Part shown: piece by piece, positions 54,707 to 64,000 of the stretch
How the letters are laid out: the number at the start of each line of letters is the position of its first letter
Numbering within the stretch: position 1 is the first letter of the stretch
Assembly: GCF_009914755.1 (NCBI RefSeq)
Contig: NC_060927.1
From: the human T2T-CHM13v2.0 reference genome, Homo sapiens
Length of the DNA: 64,000 nucleotides
Strand: one strand, 5' to 3'
Position numbers and translations under genes: made by a program
Notes under the pieces: model-generated
Database searches by the model: none
The model's input: only the letters and a program-made list of their open reading frames with translations
What the model was told of the DNA's origin: nothing

Positions 54707-55755
54707 TAGAGTCTCTGAAAAGTTTCTTTTTTCACAGAGTCCTTTGTCATGAAGCTTAAGACAATGCCTGTTTTCTCTGTGCTGCCTCTTCATGGAGCGT
54801 GGACGTGTTAGAGAGATCATCCCATGGTTATCTGGTGTTTACTATTCTGTGGTGTAGCCTAGTAGTGACTTCCATCAAATGGGAAAGGAATTGGTTGAAA
54901 TTTAGTTAATGACTTTATTGAAATAAAGATTCCATTTCAGAGCAGAATGTTTCATCCTTTGCTAGTGAAATGTTTAATTTCCATCTGGCTGATCTTTTAT
55001 GTGTATGTCCTGTGTTAATTAAGAGGAACATTTGAGGATGCCCTAGTACTTAGAGAATACTCAGTGGAGAAGTTAATGCCTGGTTGTGCAAAGCAAGCGT
55101 GCAAGTTTTGTGAGGTAAAACAGCTTTGGTCCCTGGCTTGGTAAATCTCCATGATGTCTGGCAGTCCTCATCGCAGTCATCCTTAGACAAGAACTTGGCT
55201 CAGGGCTGTTTGATGGTGTGTCACTGACACGTGGTGTGCTGATAGCTGTTTGAATCATACCAAAAACTACAGTAAAGAAGATGGCACACTCTGAAAAGAA
55301 AACCTGGTTAAGTTGGAGATACTCTCAGTGTAGAAACTTGGTGACCGTGGTGGCCCTCACAACCATATAGAAGGCTTAGGGTAGTGGCGGTTGTGGTTGA
55401 AGTCACTGATACTGGTGTTGGTAGTGGTAATAGTGATGATATTGTAGATGCAATTTAATAGACACGACCTATATCAGGCACTTTCTAGATGTTTCTTCAT
55501 GTCAGCCTTGTGAGAGAGGGACTCTTCTTATACCCATCTTAAAGATGGAAAGACTGAGCTTCTGCAGGCTTGGCTGAGACTTCCTGTTAGTACTCCAGAA
55601 TCTGGGCTCGAATATCTCCAACACCTTAACCATAATTGGTTTTATTAGGTAAGTAATTCTGCTGTTTTTCTTGTCATTGTTTTAGGTTGTTTTCAGAACC
55701 GCTGATGCAGTAGGTAGAAGTCATTTTTTCAGAATCTTAACTGTTGCTTATTGTA

Positions 55756-56116
55756 CCAGTTGAGTGTTCCTCATCTGAAATGTCTGGGACCAGAAATGTT
55801 TAATTTTTAAATTTTTTTTATTTGGGAACATTTACTTATATATAATGAGGTTTCTTGGGGATAGGATTCAAGTCTAAACACAGAATTCATTTATGTTTCA
55901 TATGCCCCTTAAATACGTAGCCTGAAGGTAATTTTTTATAAGTTTTAAATAATTTTATGGATGAAACAAAGTTGTGAGTGCATTTTCATTGCAACCCGTC
56001 ACGTGAGGTCAGGTGTGGAATTTCCCACTTGTGGCATCATATCAGAGCTCAAAAAGTGTCAGATTTTCAAGCATTGAAAAGATTTTGGATTTTTAAGATT
56101 TGGGATGCTCAATCTG
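55756..56116. mobile_element. Tigger4/MER46 (Zombi) MITE, complete
   Basis: TA duplications at 55754-55 and 56117-18; terminal inverted repeats ccagttgagtgttcct / gggatgctcaatctg; internal gaggtcaggtgtggaattt. Confidence 0.88.
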
Positions 56117-56294
56117 TATTGTAGGAAAGAAAAAAATGAAAGGGCTTCAAATGTTCAGAGATGGCTGAACCTGTAGTAAAATATACAGAGAGATACGAAG
56201 GGAATAGAAATTAGTCAGCACTTATGCCTAGAGCTATCTGTGCAAAAGGGTATACTTTTTATCTGGATTGACCGCTTCAGTCTATTTTTAATCA

Positions 56295-56640
56295 CTGAGA
56301 GCAATACTATCTGGTAAAAATATAATGTGAACCATACATTGTCACTTTAAATTTTCAGAAGCCTCCTTAAAAGAGGTAAAAAGGAAGATATTATTTTATT
56401 TTATTTTAACAAATATTTTTATATTATACAATAATACAACTTAAACAAGAATATTTACTATAAAAGAAATTCAATTTCAGTTGAATTAATCTGTTTCCCC
56501 AATACATTCCAAAATATTGTTTTAACATAAAATCAATATAAAAAGGTATCGCTGAGACATAGTACATTCTATTTTTATACTATGTCCTTGAAGTCTGGTT
56601 TGTATTTTACAGTTACTACCATACTAAAACTTGCAAAACT
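56295..56640. mobile_element. MER33-like hAT MITE fragment
   Basis: aaatataatgtgaaccatac...ccaaaatatt...aatcaatataaaaa...tctggtttgtattttaca. Confidence 0.6.
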
Positions 56641-56784
56641 TTTTGATTCCAGACCACAATAATGGAATTTTGATAATAAACTACATGAGAGACTAACAAA
56701 TTCTTTAGGAGGTGTTTTTATGTTGAATTTTTGGTAATTTTGACTTCTTCTCTTCCAACGGCGGCAACAAAAAAGGTGAAAGGA

Positions 56785-57040
56785 TAGAAAGTAGCAGGTA
56801 TGTACAGTGAACAAATCTGAAGAACTAATGTACAGCAGAGGGACTATAGTTAATAAAAATGTATTGTATGCAGTATTCAGGATTTTTGCTAAATGTGTGG
56901 ATTATCTCTGCTCTTGCAGCAGGGCTTGGGTAGCTATGGGAAATGATGGATATATTAATATGTTTCACTATAATCATCATTTTACTATCTAGATTATGTA
57001 CCTCATAATGTTGTATACCTTAAAATAAAATTTGTTTTAA
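56785..57040 (+). mobile_element. Old L1M 3' end
   Basis: ctaatgtacagcagagggactatagttaataa...gatggatatattaat...tgttgtataccttaaa. Confidence 0.75.
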
Positions 57041-58281
57041 AAATACACATATAGTAGTTCAGTTTTATATTGGAATCTGATTTATTTATTGAAAAGGCTT
57101 CACTTAGATGCTGTACAGGTTTTTTTTTTTCTTCTTCTTTATAAGCTTTAACTTTTTTCCTCTTATTCTTTTTTGCAACATTTGTTCCTGGAGCTTTGAA
57201 CACTATTCTTCTCAGAATCCACTTCCAAGCTCGGGAACTCAAATAAAGCTGGCTGGGGAGACCTTTGTGCACTGAAGGTAGAGACTTCAGGCCGCCAGAT
57301 CAGATGTATTGTAAGTTCAGGTCAAGAGGATTTACGGGCCTGTGTATCAGCAACACCACCAACTGCCTTTTTCTCTTGTCCTGTCAAAATTTGAGCGGGA
57401 AGGTTTCAAGCCATCTTAAATCTAAAGCCTTTAGCAAGTTCTTTAGTGCCACCGTCACTCAGAAGGGACAGTCAGAAAGATTTATAAGGAATAGAAGGGA
57501 GTCAAGTTTGAAAGAAAGTCTATTTCCTCTCTTCCCTTTAAATCCCTGGCATAGAATTTCATTGCACCCCCCCTTTAATGGAATGGGAAGAAAGTTTCAA
57601 AAGCTTCTCAGTCCGGATTGTTTGGCCTGGCGCTGTATTGAGCACGGATACTGCTCTGGATACGTTTACTGTGATGGATGGAGACCAGCTGGGCAAATTT
57701 ACCAAAACCCTATCTTATTTAAAAATATAAATTTCATCTCTTGAGTGTTGGAGGATGTCTTAGCAAGACAGGGTACTTTAAAACTCAGGTTAGTATGTGG
57801 AAGATATTTAGGTTAATAGTAAAATAACTTCTAAATCCCAGCTATTACCACACAGATAGAGCTTCAACTCCTGAATCTCCCTATTAAAACCTTCACTCTG
57901 TTCATTTCTAAAATTCAGTATTTCAGGGAATTTTCTGAGTTCATGCCTCTGTGTTCAGCATGCCCTGATTAGGGAAGACTTGGAGTGAGAGAAACCTCAC
58001 GCACTCCCCTTGCTATTTCTTAGCCTGCCTCTGTGTTTGCTTCTTTGAATTTGTCTTTGTCTCTGATTGCCTGTCTCTATCTCTTTCATCATCATTCTTT
58101 GTGTCATTTATTGGAAGGGTATAAGTGGGTACTGAAATACTTAAGCATATATAGTCAGCACCCATCGAAAAAGATGGCCCCAGCATATTTTCTGGATTCA
58201 TCTTATTCTATCTAAATTATCTGCCTAAAAGTTGACTTAGGAAATGCTGCATGACATGTCTTCCTCTTAGAGCTTGATAAT

Positions 58282-58368
58282 GGGCTATCACAGTCCTGAG
58301 ACATATTCTAGGGCTAACATAGTCCTGAGACATATTCCAGGGCTAACATAGTTCTGTGACATATGCCA
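58282..58368. repeat. 29-bp minisatellite, 3 copies
   Basis: gggctatcacagtcctgagacatattcta / gggctaacatagtcctgagacatattcca / gggctaacatagttctgtgacatatgcca. Confidence 0.95.
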
Positions 58369-58489
58369 GTAGGGAAACCCCAAATAGTTCAGTGGAGAGC
58401 TTTTCTTTCAGCCATGATGCCATGATAATACAGTATGTAGAATGTTTAAATTATTTCCTTACTGGCTTCTCTAGAGACATTTCTAAATG

Positions 58490-59170
58490 ACGCACAGTGT
58501 TTATTCATTTGGTTCATTAACAGAGCCTTCTCTGTGGAGGGCAGAGTGTCCTGGCCTCAAGAGGCTTTTTCTTCAGCAGGCACTGAGGCCCTGAGACAGG
58601 AGCCTGCCTGGCCTGTTTGAGGCAGAGGCAGGAACCCGGGGCTGCTGAAACAGCAGGAGAAAGGAGCAGAGTGATAGGAGGTGCGGTCAGCAGATAGGCA
58701 GTGTGATGGTGTGAGGTCTTGGAGACCATGGGAAGCTCTGTGGCTTTTACTGCAGGCAAGATGGGAAATTGTTAGAATGTTTTCAGCAGAGAATGTTCTC
58801 CATCTCAGTTTCCTAACTTATATTTTTTAACATTTTATTTTAAACAAAAAAAATTTTTTTTTACAACCCAAGGTCTTGCTGTGTTGCCCAGTCTGGCCTC
58901 GAACTCCTGGGCTAATGCAATCGTTCCACCCCAGCCTCCTGAACAGCTGGGACTACAGGCACACACCATCACACCAGTCTATCTAGTTTATGTTTTAGAA
59001 GGATCCGTCTGGCTGCACTTGAGAGTGGGGAAGACCTGTGGGTGCTGAGAGCCAGGCTAGGAGATAATTGTAACATTTCAGGAGAGAGGATGGTTGGGTG
59101 GGCCACAGAGGAGTGTTTTGAGAAAAACATCTGATTCCAATTGTTTTGAAGGCAGAAGATGCTTGTCGAG
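58490..59170 (-). mobile_element. L2 fragment interrupted by a FLAM monomer (~58840-58980, minus)
   Basis: gcctggcctgtttgagg...ggagataattgtaac; FLAM: ggtcttgctgtgttgccca...aactcctgggct...agctgggactacaggc. Confidence 0.75.
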
Positions 59171-59510
59171 GGGATATCATGTTGATGTTATCTCAGGGCA
59201 TGCGGTTTATACTTCTTGGTTTAAAAAAAGAACAATTTGAGGAGAGAAAATCATGGACAACTTACCAGTCAGTAAGTTTTTTAAAAGTCTTTTAAAGCTT
59301 TGACTATCCAGTATTCAAATCTTGTGTAATACCTATTACAGATCAGTTTTCACTGCATAATATGTTATATACTAAAGAATGTAACATAGAGAAGTGATCA
59401 TTAAGCACATTATTAATAGTATAAACCCCCTCCTCATAGAGTAAATTTGAGTTAATAGACATAGAGTACTTTGAGCAGGATTTGGCATTCTTACAGTTTA
59501 TTTATATTAA

Positions 59511-59804
<294 letters not shown>

Positions 59805-59839
59805 TGTATTAACTATTAATATGAACTCAGTAGTCTTCT

Positions 59840-60480
59840 TGTCACAAGAAGCAACAGATCCCCAATCCATCTATTTTGTTTCTTTTCCACTATTTCTACC
59901 CTGATTCAAGCCAACACCATTTCTGACTTCAGTCATTGCTATAGATTCTAAAAAAGGTCTCTCTTGCCCTTCACAATCCACTCTTTATCCAGTAACCAAA
60001 GCTTTCTTTTAAACACTTGGATTGCATTACATTTTTCCCTCACTTAATATTTTCCAGTGGTTTCCAATCACATGTTGAGTAGGTCCAAAGATCTTACCTT
60101 GGCCTACAAGGCCCTAGTTGACCTGGCTTCTACTCTCCCTCATTCACCCCCACACTTCTCTCCACCCTCTTTTCACTGGCTTTGTTCTTCTCCCTGATTA
60201 TCCCTCACTCCTTTCCTAAGCCGTCTTATCATTTCATGCTCTCTCCTCTTCCAAAGTAAGTCACTTTCTTTTCTATTACCCAGTTTTATTTTCTTCATAG
60301 CATTCATCACTTTTTTGAAGTTATTTACTTATTGATTTCTTTACTTATTTATTAACTCCCTCCCCCTCCCTCACCCCCGTATACTGCATGTGAGCTTTTA
60401 GAGGAGGGGATCAGAGGAGGGGATCGGTCTGTCTGTCTACTGTTGAATCTTGGCTGCTAATGAACATAGTCCCATAACAG
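59840..60480 (+). mobile_element. L2 3' portion
   Basis: caagccaacaccatttct...cttaccttggcctacaaggccc...ttttcttcatagcattcatcac. Confidence 0.8.
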
Positions 60481-60757
60481 CGTAAGCAGTGTTACCCATT
60501 AGGAAACCAGCATTCTTGTATTGTATTCTTATCTTGTGGGCCTGCTGGTTTAAAGGGTAAGAAACTCTAATTCCTGAGAATGAAAACTTTTAATTCTTCA
60601 TAAAAAGAACGTTTAAGAAAGCAAATCCTACCCCAAAAGTATGTCTTGTATTAAGAATGTGAAAGAGCCCAGTAAATTAGTTACTCCCAAATAAACACAT
60701 TCATCCTCTTGCCTCATGCTGTGAGGCTAAGCGTTAATCGTTTAGCTCAGAAAATGA

Positions 60758-61063
<306 letters not shown>

Positions 61064-62581
61064 TCAGAAAATGATCTTTTTAAGGTCTGTTCTTCCAGAG
61101 TGTAGCTCTTATATTAACAACCATTACATCCACATATCAAGACAGATTGTTTCAATTAGTCAATGAGGCCCACGTTTTTGAGAGCTGTTAATATGTACAT
61201 GAGCAATTACTGTAGCAGAGTTAAAAGGTGTGCCTTTGGGAATTTTAGATTGAGATTATCAGTTTCATTCATGAGCCAAGACAGAAGCCATGAGAATTGT
61301 ATGCTGCATTTCTCTGCAGGTTTGTTCGCTAGAAGCCTCTCCAGTGCCCACACTCCAAAGGTTATGAAGTTGCCAGATTCCTTTCCTTGGTCCAGTCCTC
61401 ATACCATCTCAGAACAGTGCCTTCCTTTGTATTCATTGAGAACCAGGCAATATGCTGAACATTTGGGAATTTCATAGTGAACGAGACAAGCAAGCTCCTT
61501 GACCTCATAGAACCTGAGAGACCAACAGAGTGAATCTTAACCCAAATGTACATCAGAATTAAGTGGGTACTTTTACATGTTCCAAAGCCAAATTTGAGTA
61601 ATTTTCGTTCATTCCTTATTACTGGTAAATGAAAAGAAAAATAAAAACCTTCAGCTGACAGTCTGCTTTTCCACGTTCAGATAAAAAGCCGTGCATCTTT
61701 AATGTGGATATGATGCCTCTCCATTGTGCTCAATCTCACCGTTTCCCTTCTAAAGTTTACTAGAATCCCACAATGTCAGCAGGAACTGGAGTCAAATAAT
61801 AGATGATTTGTAGGCTTCAGGGGTGTCACCCCTCTCTTTCCGGTTGGCCAATCCTCTAAATGATTCGAAGTCTCCAAGTTAGTCTCAAAAATGCCTGAAA
61901 TTCCATTATTTGAGTTAAGGTATTACTGCCTCTTCAAATGGTAGTCTAAGGAAAGAGCAAAATGTAAGCACTTGAACTACATTGAATACATTAATAAAAC
62001 TCATCAGGTAATGCCCCAGCAGTAGCATTACAAAGCTCAAGGCATCCCTTGGAATAGGATGCATAGGAGGTCAACTCTGATAGGACAAAATGTGGGCAGG
62101 TCTACATGAGCCACATTCCGGGGAAGCAGGAGGACCCACCCACAGTTATGGTATGGATCAGTGTATGGGTTGGGAGAGGAAGCATTAGGTATAGAAGGCA
62201 CACTGGATTTATGACAGACAGTAAGTGAGCCTGCCCCAGTGCTAGAGGAAACGATTGGAATGGACAGTGGTGTGCAAATAGAGTGCAAGAGTGGGTCTTG
62301 ATGTTTTTGAAGGGATCCTCTTAGAAGAAGGAATCAACTTGGTCTTTGGGGTCCCAGAATGAAACCAGGACCTGCAGAAGCTGACCTTACTGAAGAAACT
62401 GGTTACAGCTGGGGCCTCAGCACCCAGGCTAACAGCAGGAGCTAACCAGGTACTCATCTGTTTCACATAATTCAGGGTAGATTTTCTAAAATCAAATTCC
62501 TGAGGTCCCTCTGCGACCTCCTGAATCAGATGTTGAACAGTAAGAGATATTCCCCATACTTCTATCAAAAACAATTCCTCA

Positions 62582-63145
<564 letters not shown>

Positions 63146-64000
63146 TACAATAATAATGATAGTTAACTTTTTGAAAACTACTTCCTGTGTATACTTAGAG
63201 TACTTAACATGCATTGTGCCATTTAATCATCACTTATTAAAAACATTTTTCCACAAAAACCTCTATCTCTATTTTTCAGATAAAACTGAAGGAAGAGAGG
63301 TCATCCTTATAGAAATCTCAGTGGAGTCTAACATCTTCTTGATAGAAATAATTTTAGGAGTATAGTAGTCTGAGTTTAGGTACCATTTTCTGTTGGTCAT
63401 AGATTCTGTTGATCATAGAGTGATCTGTTGTCATTTTGACTCATTTCCTTCCAGTACTTGGCAGCGGGTAGGGGGAGATGAAAACATAGTCAATATCAAA
63501 ATGAATATGTTTACAGTCTGCTTTATCACTTTGCATATTGTGAATATTTTCTATATTTTCTAATATCTCTCAGTTCTTCAAAAATGAAATCTAATTTTCC
63601 TACTTGTACCTTGCTGCATTCTACAGCTTTTTCACAATTAACACACTTTACTTTAAATTCAAGAAAAAAAACCAGAACAATGAGTCTCATTTAATGTCAT
63701 TTCTAAGACCTTATTTTTGTAAGCTAGAACAAGTATAGAGGCAGAATATAAAAATAATTTTTTCTCAAAATGCAAATTGTTTATGGTCTTTTGATTATCA
63801 AAGTAATACATGTTCATTACAAAGTAATTCACACAATATGTGAGTTAAAGAAAGTGTGTGTTTCTCTTGCAAACAAGTAACACTCTTTTGAAATGCCAAT
63901 ATGACTTCATAAACTTATTTCCACTTAATAGATAATGGGAGTCTTTTCATTGTCAGTAAGTAGCTACTTACTGAGTCTGTGACTCAGAGGGCAGCACCCA

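Noticed and set aside
57265-57744. 159-aa ORF in apparently unique sequence
   Set aside because: TTG start, no recognisable motif and no convincing splice boundaries; not the expected continuation of the CA-like domain.
58282-58368. Short repeats as a possible CRISPR-like array
   Set aside because: The units are contiguous with no unique spacers, and the context is eukaryotic.
63971-63988. AP-1 site (TGACTCA) inside a small palindrome, and other TGAGTCA hits
   Set aside because: Several such 7-mers are expected by chance in 64 kb; no further support.

Overview
AT-rich, Alu/L1/L2/MIR-rich primate (most likely human) genomic DNA lying inside a very large + strand gene. Only two coding exons are supportable: 32982-33161 (180 nt) and 46685-46833 (149 nt). 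They splice in frame to GAYGPEHW...NTGKT|VAILLKDD...FHWG...[14 protein letters not shown], the carbonic-anhydrase-like ectodomain of receptor tyrosine phosphatase gamma (PTPRG; recalled as exons 3 and 4). The rest is intron: about 25 Alu/FLAM/FAM pieces, several solo LTRs, hAT and Tigger MITEs, L1/L2/L3/MIR relics and small tandem duplications. The other ORFs in the track appear to be repeat-derived or chance. I see no evidence of a new gene system. The best leads are at the RNA-processing level: a recursive-splice/poison-exon-like unit at 52801-52983, a sense solo LTR with TATA and poly(A) signals 0.8 kb after the second exon, inverted Alus bracketing that exon, and several unexplained hairpins. 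Repeat family names come from visual recognition, not a database search, and the edges of old repeats are approximate.
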